Shown here piece by piece: positions 11,440-25,295 of a DNA stretch of 64,000 nt; the first letter of the stretch is position 1, and every line of letters starts with the position of its first letter. The stretch is taken from contig OZ234493.1 of assembly GCA_965153455.1 (NCBI GenBank), positions 19,892,213 to 19,956,212 of the forward strand. The letters run 5' to 3'. The notes under the pieces were generated by a model. It was not told where the DNA came from, ran no database searches, and was given only the letters and a program-made list of their open reading frames with translations. The position numbers and the translations under genes were made by a program. Source of the DNA: Sphagnum compactum. Lineage: Eukaryota.

Positions 11440-14400
11440 GCAAGTTGAGCATGTTGAAGCAATCTACTCCGAGTTAGTGGAATATTCCTTGAGGCAAGGG
11501 TTTAGTTAACGAAGGCGCATTAACAAATTGTTTTTATCACATAGAAAACTCCATTGCGTAAATTTCAACTTAATTGGTGTCACTTTTTTCTTTGGTTTCT
11601 ATCTACAAGTAAACCTCTTGATTGACACAAAGGAGCATGATGGAATGGGTTTTTCACAAATGAATAGGCCTTTCAACAAGACAAAAAGGTTGTGGGAATT
11701 TTTCAAAACTTAGTATGAAATGCAGGCCCAACACAGGTCCAAAAACAAGATTATTTTACATATTATTTTATACTCAAACATTTTATTTCAAGGATTCTTT
11801 TACAAGTTGGAAGAATTCTTCCAGTATGTATGTAGACTGTCCTTTCCACCTTTTTTTTTTTTTCTTTTTTTGTTCTTTTTGGCATTTCTGTATATTTCCA
11901 AAAAAAATCTTTGTAAAGTTTTTCATCATCACATGTGTTGTAACTTATTAAAAACAAGAAAGTAGAGCCTTTAAAAGTATAGAAAATGAGAGAAATCATT
12001 TACAATGAATGGCTAGGAGGGGTGAAAAGTTAGTACACCATTTTGGTTTCACAACAAATTTGAAAAAAGAAAAAAAAGCCTTCCAACAAGAGTTTTCAAC
12101 ATGTAAAAATGTAAAACTTGTTTCAATTTCATCAAAGTCCGATAGCAAGTTGAAATTTTTTGCACATTCTTCATCCTATCTTGGTCCTTGCTACCTTTAC
12201 ATTGTTTCAAAAAGAGGATTGATTGATAACTTCATCAACATTCTTAGGATGTAAGAACATGAGAACAATGACAATGTCCTTTGTGTATTAAGCCTTGAAT
12301 TTTTAATTGGTGTTGAGGATAGGTCTTCTTCTTCTTGTAAAACAACATTTGTAATCATAATTTGGAAGGATTGTGTTGTTTATTTATTTATTTTTTTAAT
12401 CTCTTCTTCATCTTCCAATTGGAATGTGCACACAATCATGCCTGGCAAAGGTCTTGTAATAACAAAATAATTATTAGGAGTTGTAATTGCTAATAATAGT
12501 ATTATGGCTTGGGGTAAGAGTATGAATAAAAATGAAAAATAAAATAATGAGCTTCATGGCTCTTATAAGGAAAATCTTTTGAGAGGGGCATAAGAATTGA
12601 TTATGAATAATTTAGATAACTATTTTGAGTTAATAATAATGGGAGGTCAAGTATATAGACTTGGCCAAATCCTAAACTACAAATAATATAAAACCTATTC
12701 ATAGAGAGGGATGAAAAATTATAAGTGAGACACAATGATTAATTTGATACATGGGGAATAAATGTAAATAAATGTGGTTGATTATTCATTCCTTCTTGCT
12801 TTTAAGTATATAAAGGGTAGAAATTGAAGCTTTCGCTTCATAATTTGCATTCAATAATTTTGTGTTGTTAGTTGTTATCAAGACTTATAAAAATATCATA
12901 TATGAATAAGAAGCTTTGAAAAATTAAAATGTGAAAATTATTGTGAACACCATTGTGAAAACTTTATAGTCTTTGATGAATGATCCTCGTAAAGAAGGAA
13001 CTTTAGGTACATGTGATGAATACTTTTGAGGTGTAGTTCTCATATAAAGATTTGATTTTAGGTGTGTTGGTGATTCTATCCCAAAAGAATGTAAGGTCTC
13101 ATGTTTAAAAACATGTGAATGACGAGTATTACAATTGTTGTGTTGAAGTATATTTGATTATCTACCTATCAAGAAAGGATTAATAAAAAAATAACTTTCA
13201 TAGTTCTAGACACCCCCCCCCCCCCCCCCGCCCCCCAAGCTACAATCCCATTGATGCATGCAACCTTAATGTTCTTCATATCATTATTAATGACATTCAA
13301 AGCAACTTTTGTGACAATTAGTTGCTTTGAGTTCTATTTTGATTATAGATCTACAATTGAAAGCATAAAAACATATTCACAAAATCAACAACACAAACAC
13401 ACAAACAAGAGGGCTATTTGGCATGAAACAATAAGGCTCATGGTGACAATGGTAAAAAGCACCTCATTGCTATAGCAAGAAGCCTTGAATGGTGCAAGTA
13501 ATTAATATGTTGTGACAACATGGTTAATGGGGCACCTCATTGACATTTTTTTGGGTCAAGTTGTCAAGAACTCCATAACTCATTGATGTGGTGGACATAC
13601 TCTTACCTACTTCTTACTTGTTGTTTGGTTAATCGACAATTTTGCATAATAAGCTTCAAAATCCACTTCGTACACAATACACACAACGGACAATTTATCA
13701 ATATGTACAATGCAAAAATGATAGATTTATGGGTGAGATTTGGTTTGTTGATAATAATGGTTTTACTTTTCAATGTTGTGACATATTCACTGTAGCAATC
13801 AACTACAAGAGGAAGTAGCCAAATTTGGCTATAGGTCATAGAGGAAAGTAGAAAAGTTTAAGATCCTTTGTATATTTTGGTGACATGTGGGAACCTATCA
13901 TCTAAATATGGCAATTAGAGAAAAAAAAAATTTCCTGACCTCCTGAAATTTTTTTCACAAAAAATCACACTTTATTTTTCTCTTGTAACCAAGTGTCATA
14001 AATTATTAGCCTGGAAAAATAGAAGGCTGGAACTTGGTACCTTAAGTGCACATTAGAGACTAGAGTGTCAAGGTTCACCGAGTTTAATAGTGCATAGTGC
14101 ATCCTATGGATATTGCATAATGGCATTATCTCCCACATTGGGTACTCTTGTGAGATTTAAAAAAGAGAAACAGTTCACACAAAGAAGCTTTGGGTGAAGG
14201 CAGGAATCTCTCCTGAGTGACAATTATACATTGTGCATAAGGTAGTAACACATAATTTAACCAACATACTTACTAGTATACAATGTGTTAAGCTCTTTTT
14301 TTTTTTCTTTTTTCTTTTTTTGGGTTTCCAAATTTTCCAAATGTTTGACCTGAAAAATCTAATTTCAACCTATACCAAGGAATATTTTATGAAAAAATGG

Positions 14401-16399
14401 AAAACTCATGAGATTTTTGGAGGGGAAAAAAAAAAACACTCTAGATTCCTTCAATAGGTTGTGGTAGGTAGCCAAATTATAGAAGGATGCTAATGTTTTT
14501 TTGACTTTCCTATCTACTTTGTTACCAATTTGTTACCAAATTTGGCTAAATCATCTTATGGACAAATCACCACTTTGGTTACATCACAAAATTGAAAAAA
14601 GAACAAAAACAATGATATTAAGTACAAATACAACACTCTGATGCCAATGCATATCACTCACACGCGCGTGCACGTTGCACACATAGAGTTGAGTAGGACA
14701 GTTGCACAACAAAAAAACAGACACATGATAGACTGACTATTTTTGAGATTGAAGCCCTCACAATGTATCTTTTCGTGTTCTTCGTAAGAGTCAACATTCG
14801 GAGTCAAAGCTATCTATTTTATGTTACCCATGTATGTATATATAGTAAGTAAAACTTCTGAGGAGTTAACTTCGGAAGACTAATAATTTGTTGGGATTTG
14901 ATTGTCGGGATTCTAGGATTGGAATTCATATACATGTTTGTCATGTTAGTAATGTTTTGCTGGTTGGTGATTCAAAGTTCTTGTTAGAAACAAAGGATTT
15001 ATTTTCTGTAGCTGTTGTAAGACTCAACTTGGTGTTCTTCCTTTCTTCTAGTTACAATAGAACTTCAGCCTCATTGCAAAAATGTTAAGACAAAAGTTGC
15101 TTGTGACACAAAGATTTGAAACAGGAGTGGTCAAAATAGGGTGGTTACATGAGAAATCACATAACATTGGTCTACAGTCTAGACATCCAAAATAGTAACT
15201 CTTTCACCAGCAGAATATTTTCAATGTATCCCAAGGGCCCGTTATCCAGCCCAACCTGCCCTCTGCAATTTCCGGAGAGAGATAGTATCTTCTGGGTAGC
15301 ATAGGAAAAGATAAAATAAATTTCCTAAAATAAAATAACATAGAATAAATTTCTGCTGGAGATGTGTAAGGTTACGTCCAAGAAGCATGACACTCCCAAA
15401 AATAAGTGCTCATCAGCTCTGCCTCAAGCAAGGCACTTATTTATAGAATGCCACACTCCTCAAGAGTTCAAAGTCTTGAACCAAATATGTGGGTGACAAT
15501 TGGAGATACCCATTTATATCAACTTCATTTTGCATTCAAATTACGTAACCCTGTTATGGAGTCGCAAGGCTGATTATCATCACTCAAGATTTTGTTTGAA
15601 TCTGTCATGAGGGGTGGAGCCATTACATGATGATACTCTCGAGAGTCAACTGTGATTTCAGTCTGTGAGACTGTATTAAGGATTAGAGATGCCAGACTTC
15701 GAAACTCTGTGAAGTCTAGAGTCTAGACTGAAAGCCCATACATATATTCTTTGCACAGTAAAAACAGTGCACAAGAAATTAGACATAACGAGACAAAACT
15801 CTTGTTCACAAAACACTCTTTGTCTCATTGAACGGTCATTAGAGCCTTTCAGAGGTAATCAATGATTCATCAGCTGGGTATCAGCTGGGTCACAAGGGGA
15901 GGACGATCTGCATCATTATTGAGAGAACACAAACATCTGTATCTGATGATGAGAGACTTACACAGCCCACTGCTGACCCTTTCTGTAACATCCAAAACTC
16001 CTCTTCAGGAATGCCTGATGTATCTATCATCAATAAAGAACAATCTCTTGCACATGATTCATGCAATCAGACATCTCAATATCAAAACTCGCCGCTGATG
16101 CATTGCAGATATGAGAAAGTTCCTTCTTTTGCTGCCAGCCAAAGTTTGCCCCACCTGTCCCTCCCTCCCTCCCTTCTTGGTTCCTTTAACAAAGCTGAAC
16201 TCTTTCTTTGTAAACTAGGTTTTGTTTGTTTGTTTGTTGCCACTTTGTGGTGTCACAAACTTCATGATGGCTACTCATGTAGTAGTCATTTGAGTACTTT
16301 GATAAATCATCACAACAAATGTGGCTTGTGTCATTGGCCCAAGTGTGAACATGATAATATAGATAAATGTTTCAAGTGTGAACAAAACCCTAATAATAG

Positions 16400-16800
16400 A
16401 ACCCACTTTTGAAAAAACATTTCAAATTTTTAACTATATTCCCATGATGAAAATTTCTCAAAAACTCAATATCTTCCCCACCTTAGGTTTTTAAATTACA
16501 AAATCACCTCCAAGAAATCCCACTCATCAAGGACTTTCTAGCAACACCACCAAGATCTTGCCCCAATTTTCTTAATTTTTTTTAATTTTATTGAATTTTC
16601 AATGAGAAAAAAATTCCAATATTCAATAAGTCTTGCATCATAAGTCTAAAGATTAATCAAATGCACATTTCAATGCACACCTACCTTCTCATCAAGGGCT
16701 TTCCAATAATACTAAGAACTTGGTGAGGAGGGAGGGCACCATGGTTGAGGAGATTTTGACATGACAAACAAAACAATTAGCCTACCTTCCTTAATATATA
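16400..16800 (+). repeat. Dispersed repeat family A, copy 1 (~370-400 bp, probable non-autonomous TE)
   Basis: Shares blocks ctcaatatcttc..., c(c)tactcatcaagggcttt (twice), atggttt(g)ggagat..., acaaacaaaacaa..ctaccttccttaata with the copies at ~24918 and ~52270. Confidence 0.75.
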
Positions 16801-17240
16801 AATTCACAAACTATCCTTCTCGATAAAGGGAAGAATTGTACATTTTTTAAAAGAGGTAAGTTATTTGAAAAAGAAAAATAGAGTTTACAAAGAAGAAAAG
16901 AAGAGATGTGTTGATGGGTATCACGGAGTTGGTAGGATATGGTCCAAAAGACAATTCAATAGTCTCATGATGTACAGTAATTCCTAATTTACAATCAAGC
17001 TCTTGGTTCCCAAAGATTTTGTGATAACATTGTGTACAATCAAACTATTGCAAGAGTGTGATTCAAACGTTTGTCTACAACCACACCCCATGCAAACCAT
17101 TGCAAGTTTTGCATTGCAAGAGTGCAATTCCAAAATGGCTCCAAAAAAGTGAGACCCTTTTTTGGTAGGTACATCATCCCATGGTGTGTTTGTTGTATTG
17201 AGGAGGACTCAACCCAACTATGGTTCCTTATCATTGAGTC

Positions 17241-17534
17241 CAACGTTTCTTTTGGGTGTGAAATTTCGCCAAAATGTGAAAAATGAAAGTAAAAAATGCA
17301 ATTTTCTGTCACAATATTTCTTTCCTCTTAAAAAATATTGTCAAATTTAGAGACTTTTTTTGCGGAAAACATTTCGCCACATTTGGACTCTGCTTTTTAG
17401 TTTGGTAGAAGTTTTGAAACTAGTTTTATTACTGTTTAAACAGTTTCCTAAAAACCTGTTGCCATTTAATGCTAAATTCCTCTTGGGATTTTAGCCAATG
17501 ACACAACATCTGAAATTTGGAAAAAGAATCACTG
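17241..17534. mobile_element. hAT-type MITE (~294 bp) with 8-bp target-site duplication
   Basis: Ends caacgtttctttt...aaaagaatcactg form a degenerate CAGTG-type TIR, flanked by ATTGAGTC (17233-17240) and ATTGGGTC (17535-17542). Confidence 0.7.
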
Positions 17535-17611
17535 ATTGGGTCACCTTGTAACCCCGTGTTTAAATAGCCAATATTATCATCACAACTTTTTCTTTTTCAG
17601 AAAATTAAACA

Positions 17612-17790
17612 GAAAAAAATGGCAGACCCGACCTGACAAAGCCATCACTACCCCCAAAGTCAAAGCTCATTGGCAGAGGGGGGCCCTGCAGGCAGGGGGT
17701 TTCACTTGCACTCCACTGGATTTGAACCCAGGACCTTTTTTATCATCACAAAATTTAACCTTTTTCACTGGCTCACCAACTATCCCATCA
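17612..17790 (-). mobile_element. tRNA-derived SINE-like element
   Basis: On the minus strand: degenerate A box (tgagccagtga, 17775-17765), perfect B box GGTTCAAATCC (17728-17718), then a GC-rich body ending in a T7 run. No complete tRNA cloverleaf and no TSD identified. Confidence 0.55.
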
Positions 17791-19739
17791 TAGGTTCTTA
17801 ACAACCCCATGCACATGCACAAATGTCTCCCTTCCCTCTCCTCCTCATCAAGGTTTTTTATTCAATTTTTTGATAGAAAAAAATTGGTGTAAATTTCCCC
17901 AAAATTAGCAAAATTAGTTGAATTTGCACTAGAACAACTAAAAATTTCCATTCAAACTAGTTCAATTCAAGCTTTCAAATGTCAACACTTCACTACACGA
18001 TTATGGGTAATATTTCAGTTAACCTCCTCTTACATAATCGATTCAGTCAGCCACGAAAGTGGCTTTGTCAAGTGTTCAAAGTGGCCAAAGTTTTGGATTT
18101 CAAAACAATACATAGTCCTAATTAAACATTTATTGGGAAATCAACAGATGGTTCACCTTCATACCAAAATGCCTTAATATTCACATTGTTAATGAGATGG
18201 CAAAATTATCCACTTTCTACTTTATTCAATTGCATGTTTTTTGAACTTTTGACGATTCAAGCGTTTTATGTCGTTTTGTATCAAAGAAAAAAAAAGCGTA
18301 AACAATTGCACAATATTTGAGTATTTCCTCCAATGTAGTATATACCCTATACACGATGCATTATATTCCTACACATGTTTTTTTTGTGTTATGTTTATTA
18401 CATAGGTTAACTTACAAGTATTATTGTGAGGATTTTACAAGGGATGTACATTGTGCATATTTAATTTTAATTAATTAACAAGCATCAAAATATACTATTA
18501 CAAAAATATGTATTTCATGCCCTAACATTGTGATTAAGATGACTTCCATAAAAACCTAGATTAATGACATGTGCAAAACGTGTCTAGTTACTTAATCATC
18601 AACTTTCTATTAGATTATATGAATTGTATCCAAGCTTCCAAAATAATCCATGTCCTCCACAAAAAGGAGAAGGAAGGGAAACAACTTTAGATAATTTTTT
18701 ACCTTTGGACATGATATAAATGGTGGGAGAATGCTATTTGTCCATCTTGTAATCATTTTGTTGGAATCACCAAAGTTAGAACATGAAATCACATCGATTG
18801 AAAAATTTAAAAAAACACTTGTTTGCAAATCTCCCCAATGATATACATTCCAACTATCTCAACCACATAGTTCACAATTTACAACCTAAAAAAGCAATGA
18901 TGAATAAATTGCATTCATTACCTAGAATAATTGTCCTTGAAAGTGAACATGCCCAAGAAGGTTGGCCAAAGGTTGTATATAAAGGAAACTTTATTAATGA
19001 AGATGTACACACCTTTGCCTTTGTTATGGTAAAAGAAATTGGTCATTATTGTTGGTTGCATGGACCAATGAATCATTTAATTTCAAGAGCAACAACTAAC
19101 GTACCTTACAAAAATTATGTGACACATCTTCAACTTCTTATGCCTATGATTAGATTTTAGAACACTATTCTTTTACATGACTAGAGGAATGGGTACAAGA
19201 ACCCATAGAAGTTTATAATCTTTTAAATCTATGTTTAAAAGAAGCCTTCATTGTGAAAGTTGTAAAAGGTTCTATAAGGTTAAGGTAGCCAAGTTGGTGG
19301 AGAGTTTTTGAAAACTTAGTTGGTGAAAGGTTCTACAAAGCCTAGTCAGCAAAAGGTTTCAAAAACTTGATGAACCCTACAAGGTTCCATAAAATAGTAT
19401 AAACAAAAGGCTTCAAAGGCACCCACTTCTCATGAACAAAAGCCCAAGGAAATCATTCCTTGTGTATTTTAGAAAGCGCATGAAATAAAAAGGTAATTTT
19501 TAATATGTTATGCAATAATAGAATATTCTAGATATTTATTTAGGTATATTTGAAATATATTCTCATAATGAATTATAGGCACTCTATTTATATTTAAGTG
19601 ATATATATATAAATTACATCTTATATATTTTTGCATATTGTTTGGAATAAAATGGAAATGACATCATTAAGAACACAAATTGTGATCTATGTAATGCACT
19701 TTTGCCTTTAGTCCTAACATTAATCTATATTGTCCTTGG

Positions 19740-20130
19740 TAACCATTTTGAATTGTGTAGTGACAACAATGACTTGGATGTTTAGGTAGGTGCCCATTGG
19801 TTGTTAAGTTCTAACATGTTTCCTAATGCAATAGCCAAATTTCATATTCAAGTTTATGGTGATTGGCATGGAATATATATATATATATATATATATGGTT
19901 CTATTTTCTGATCAATGACATGTATTTGAAGGGGTCAATTTTTGTGCATGAACTAGAAGCGAAAAATAGGTGCACATCAAGAAGTGAAATGTAAGGAGTT
20001 TGAATGCTATTTTGGAATATTGTGGTGGGGGTTGTTGGGCAATCATCCAAATCTCATTGAAGTTTTGGGATCAACAAATAATAGTGGCCATTATGTATGG
20101 TTGTAAAAGATGATAGGGAGCTAAATCTAG
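19740..20130 (+). pseudogene. PIF/Harbinger transposase (DDE nuclease) relic, interrupted by (TA)n
   Basis: Degenerate translation DNNDLDV and IGAHQEVKCKEFECYFGIL...IIQISLKFWDQQIIVAIMYGC resembles the plant Harbinger motifs NND.NVL and QE..RKDVERAFG.L...W....IM.AC. Contains stops and frameshifts. Confidence 0.55.
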
Positions 20131-21200
20131 AGCCTTTGTTTGATGACTAACTTGTTCAATTAAAGATTAAAGATATAATATCCTAATAATAATTTGATAT
20201 AATATGTGTCGATTTTCAAAGGCAATGCCTATTATCATTAAAATAGAGATGTGAATGTTGATCAAGAATTCCATTTTTTTGGGTCTCTTTATTGCACACC
20301 AAATCATATGCCTTGTTACTTATACCTCGCAAACTTAAACAATTGTGATTTTTGCACATTTTGTTGAAGGAATTAACCCTTAAATGACATTTGACCAAAA
20401 AAGTCCCATTTGAACAAGTGACCAGCCCATACAAACCTTCCTAAAAATTATGTAAGATGTTAGAATTTGGGAAATTAAACTTCAAGCTGGATCTTTCCAT
20501 GTGAAAAAAATAGATTTGGTAGTAATATGGAAAATCCCCATTGTTGAAAGTGAAATCTTTTTGGTTTTGGGCAGCCTTAACAATTCCAAGTTTTTGGAGA
20601 TTTTGACCTTACTACCACTCTTCAATGATAGAAAAATGTCATGGGTAGATAAAAGGCATCCATATGAATTGGATGAAAAGAAAATTGGATAGAAAAGGCT
20701 TTGGATGAGGAAGAAATGCATGGTCAAAAATGCATAGAGAGAGTGCATCCACACATAATGAAGCAAAACCAATTTTTTGAAAAAGTGCTCTTTTGACCCA
20801 GCCCCTATGACATTCCCATTATTTTGTAGCATGGGTAGATAAAAAAAACATTGGAAGTTGGAGATAGTAAATCTACCCAAATTTGAAAAAAAATGTCACC
20901 TTGGCTTGAGAAAGGTAAATAGGAGATCAAAATGGTGGGAAACATAGTATGACATCTATCATATGACATAGGGTTGTCAAATTTTAGGTTGAGAATATGT
21001 AGGTAGGAAAAATGGGTCGGTAGTAGACCAATATGGTCCGTTGTGATGTTATGGGTTAAACTTTGAAGATTGTTAATTCTTGTCACCATGAAAGTCATCA
21101 ACCTCATGTTGGGGGCTATGTCGTTGCTAGAGGATATAGGTTGTTGTCATTGTTGTGGTGACCAAGTTTTCACTTGGGAGGTTTGTTTTGTTCTTACATT

Positions 21201-21347
21201 CACTATAAAAAAATCGCTTGCAACCAATTTTTGCAATTGAAAAATGTCATTTGTAATTGTTTTTTATTTGCAAATGACACTTTTTACTTGCAAACAAAAA
21301 TGTTTAGTTACAAAAATTGATTATAAATGACATTTTTTTTTCTAGTG
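21201..21347. mobile_element. Non-autonomous CACTA (En/Spm) element, 147 bp
   Basis: Begins CACTAtaaaaaaa and ends ttttttttcTAGTG, with a perfect 3-bp TSD ATT (21198-21200 and 21348-21350). Internal subterminal ttgcaa/aaatgac repeats occur in both orientations. Confidence 0.88.
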
Positions 21348-24300
21348 ATTGTAAATCATCATTGTTATGGCCAAGTTCGTGCTCAAATGGTTTTTTGCCA
21401 CTTCCACATTGTATATGGTAGACAAATTCAAACTAGTTCATAACTTTTGGAAATTTTAAAACTTTTAAAGCTTGAAGTAATTATAGGTTTTTTAAGAGGA
21501 AATTTGAACATTTGGCATTGTGAACATCATCATGTTCTAGTCTTCCAAAATGGAAGCTTTATTCTTGATGTTATGGCAACCATGTTTACAATTTTGCTTT
21601 AACTTGAATTCACTTAATGCATTTTGTGAGTTTTGACATTAAATATTTGAATATTTCATTAAGATTGATCGTTATGGGTCTGTTGGAACAACGTACGTTA
21701 TTTAGATACAATGTTAGCTACAACAATCTTTAGCTTACTTTGACCAAGTTCTTGGGTTGTAGAATGTGGTAGTTTCATGCATGGGCTTGTGCTCCTTTTG
21801 CACATCAATGTAGCCAAGAAGCTCCTGAAGCAATAACCAAATTATAGTCCAAGGAGGTGAAACTTTGTTATTGTTCTTGTTTTGATTTGTAAAACTCATT
21901 CAATGATGTCATAGATAAGTGATGTCTCATAAATTTAATCACATTATGTTTAATGATGCTCCAACCTTGCTATTAGTAATGCTAAACTTAATGGTTGATG
22001 CTTGTTGCAATGGTTACAACTTTGCTCCTAGAAATGGACATTCTTTTGCCCTCTTTTCATGATTAGGTTTTGGGAGACATATATGAAAAGGTGCTAAAGT
22101 TGAGACTTCTTTTAACTACACAATTTTTTCCTTGCCTCCTTAGCATGTTGAACTATCTTCCACAATTGTTGATGAGGCCATGTGACAAAGATTTGCTTGT
22201 TGAAGGTGTGATGAACTCTTTTGAAAGCTTGACAAAGTTCATACTATGCTATTACAATATGGTAAATGAAAAGAGGATTTTTGCTTGGGCCTCTTGTATT
22301 TTTTACAATCTTGCATTCTAGATGGGTTTTGGAAGTTGAGGTGACCCTAAATTAACACAACAAGTTACCCTTCAAGTCTTGTATAACATTGCATGAAGAA
22401 TGAAATTGCTTTAAAGCCTTTCTTTAGAAAAATGTTCCTCGATGAATATTTTAAATGTTTAAAAAATTGGGTTCACAAATGTGATTGTCACAAAATACAA
22501 ATTAAAAACCAACAGCTTATATTTTCATACATGTTTTTCACACATTATTTCCCAGCCATGTAACAACTAGATATTAATATGTGCTAGATGCTTGAGAGCA
22601 AATTCACATCCATTCACGAATTCAATTTTCTTGAGTTGATGGAAATCAATTAAACAATGAGTGGATAGGATATGGTTAGTTATCAAGTGACATTGTTTGG
22701 CAACTTGTTGATAATTCCATCAGGCTCCATCAGGCTCGCGTGATACTTCATAATGGAGTTGATGCAAAATTCAGTGAAAATAACCAAACAACACCAAATC
22801 GATTAAAACTGAGAAACAAAAGAAACATTAAGGCTGGGCGACATCTAATAAAAATAGGGAATGGTGATTTGAGTAAATTGTACATCCCCCACTTCACTTC
22901 TCTTCTCTAGTTCCCTTTCCATTAGGAAACACCTTATCATAAAGTGTGAATAGCACTCTGTACATTATTGTACAATATGACCTCAATTCTGGAATCTCTG
23001 GCTAACAAGAACCAGGTAATGGAAAATAATAGAACTACGCTTTGAGGTAGTACTCAAAGTGTAGTTTTATTATTACAAACACCCCATTCCATTATACATT
23101 CCCTTATCTATATACGATGTAATTAACTGTTACGGATACAGCTCTCCATTGGGAACCAGCTGCCAGATTCCCCTCACAAATGAATCATTCATTTGATACT
23201 TGGCGCGGTGTGTGTTTGTGTACTCTTGCCATGCCTGAGCATTTCTTGTCTTTGGTGGTAATAGCTTTCAAATTTGCTAGGAACCTACGACAGAGATCGC
23301 TAAAGTTAAGTTTTGTCATTATCAGTCTAGTGACGAGTGACCAAACTTTCTAAAGTTGTGGACTAGAAGAATATACACCCACAGTTGGTGCCTCTGCAAT
23401 CAGGGTAAGCCAAAAATGGCAAAGAACCCTTCTAGGCAAAAAAATCTTGCAACCACCGAGGTGATGCAGCATGCATTCTGGGGCCCACATCTTTTGGGTG
23501 GGGGGGGAGGCTGGGGGTGTGGGATTTTGTTCTTCTCAATGTGTTCTCCCCATCACAAAAGAAAAGAAATTGAACTTTTGGAGGTCTCCCCACAACTAAT
23601 TAATATGAATCACACTGTCCTACCATATAACAGTGGTGACTAGAGGATATTCTTGTTAAGTGAAGTCCAAATGTGACCATGAGGGGGAAGAAAGTGGTCT
23701 TGCTTCTAGGGCTAGTGTCTCCAGTACCACAAGAAAATGAACCAGACAGGAAATATGGCAAAGTAGTTGTAAACTGGATAGGCAGGTAAAGCCACCCAAA
23801 GTATTATGACCTGAAGCAATTGTTACAAGGGGGTGAGGAACATATTGATTTCAAAAGATGAGAATGGCAGTATAGCCTACATGACATCATGGGGTGATTG
23901 TAGTAATATGCCATTTTTGGCTGGGAAAGGTTGATGTGAAAAGTAATCACAAAGTGGGTGTATGCTCAACTTGCCTATTGGAGATCCTCACTTGGGGTCA
24001 GCTTCCACATTAATGAAATGAATGATTAATGTTTTCCAAAATAATCAGTTCATATTTTATATTCTCAGATTATTATAAGTTCATGATTTACAATAGTCTA
24101 CTATAATACTCTCATATGAGTAGTGAAAGTATTCAGATCATAGCCAACAATAATTATGAAGGCTTACAACATCTCAACTTCATATTTTCACAAAAAAAAT
24201 TCAGTTCAAAATCCAAAGAATTAGTTGATGATGAAACTGACCCTAAGGTAAGGAGGTATGTCGGCATTTTTTACATGACACTGCATTCACAGTTCACACC

Positions 24301-24917
24301 TGCTGCTAGCTATGCATAACTAGTGTAGTTGGCTATCATGGACTTGTTAATCAGACGCTATCTAGCACCTTTGGTGAGAGGAGCTTACGTAAGTTGATGA
24401 TTGATACACAAGTTTCGATGTTAGTTCACTTGGGTTGGCATCTTCCCTCTAGTGACAAAATTTCACTGTAGTTTGGCAGGTTGGAGTCTTTGATGCCAAA
24501 TGGATATATAATAAAGTTATGGCAACTCCAGTGATATTTTTGTTAGCTCAAGCTTGCAATCTTCCTCCTCCTCTGCATCTGTTTTGTTGTTTACACTGTG
24601 GCCAGCATTGCCCAGAGACTGTCTAGCAGCTTGGTTCCACGTTCTTTGTCAGGTCCTTTGTTCCAACAGCATCTCTTCCCAGGTTTGGTTGCGAGTTGCA
24701 CTCTTGGTGACTTGGCTGGCCTCTTTGCAATAAATGAAGTGAACAAAAAGATGACACCAATTCACATTTCCATTTTCTTTTTAAAAAACTCGTCAAATTT
24801 CTCCTTTTTTTTTTGGGTTTTGTTTTGTTTGGAGAGCTGGCTACCACAGGTCTATCTACTGTTTTAATGGTGTTGGTCCAAGTGTGAACACATTGAGGGC
24901 TCAACTGATTTTTCCTT

Positions 24918-25295
24918 CCCAACCCAATTTTTGTAATTTGTTTGAATTTTCAGCAACAAAATCCACTCACAAATCAATATCTTCCACATCTTAGCTCTGC
25001 AAATTGTGAAATAAAATCTATTAATCTGACTTCCCCAGGGCTTTCCAAGAACACCAAGAATGCCCCCAAAATTCCGATACAGTTTTCAGTTTCAATTCTA
25101 TTTAATTTTCATTAGACAATGGTTCAATAAGCAATAGCTTTCACACCATAGCTCCAAAAAGTCTCAAAACCAAGTCAGTGCACCCCTACTCATCAAAGCT
25201 TTCTCAAGATACCAAGAGTGTGACATGAAGTGCTGTGGTTCGGGATATCTCAGCTTGACAAAACAAAACAAACTACCTTGCTTCATAGATAGATG
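24918..25295 (+). repeat. Dispersed repeat family A, copy 2
   Basis: Same blocks as the 16400 copy; ends acaaactaccttgcttcatagatagat. Confidence 0.75.

Noticed and set aside
18600..19160. 125-aa ORF 18783-19160
   Set aside because: AT-rich with no motif I can assign; probably decayed TE sequence.
23660..24760. Coding-like patches (PVPQENEPDRKYGKVVVNWIGR; TRNQTWEEMLLEQ)
   Set aside because: Short, stop-interrupted, with no recognisable family or consistent exon chain.
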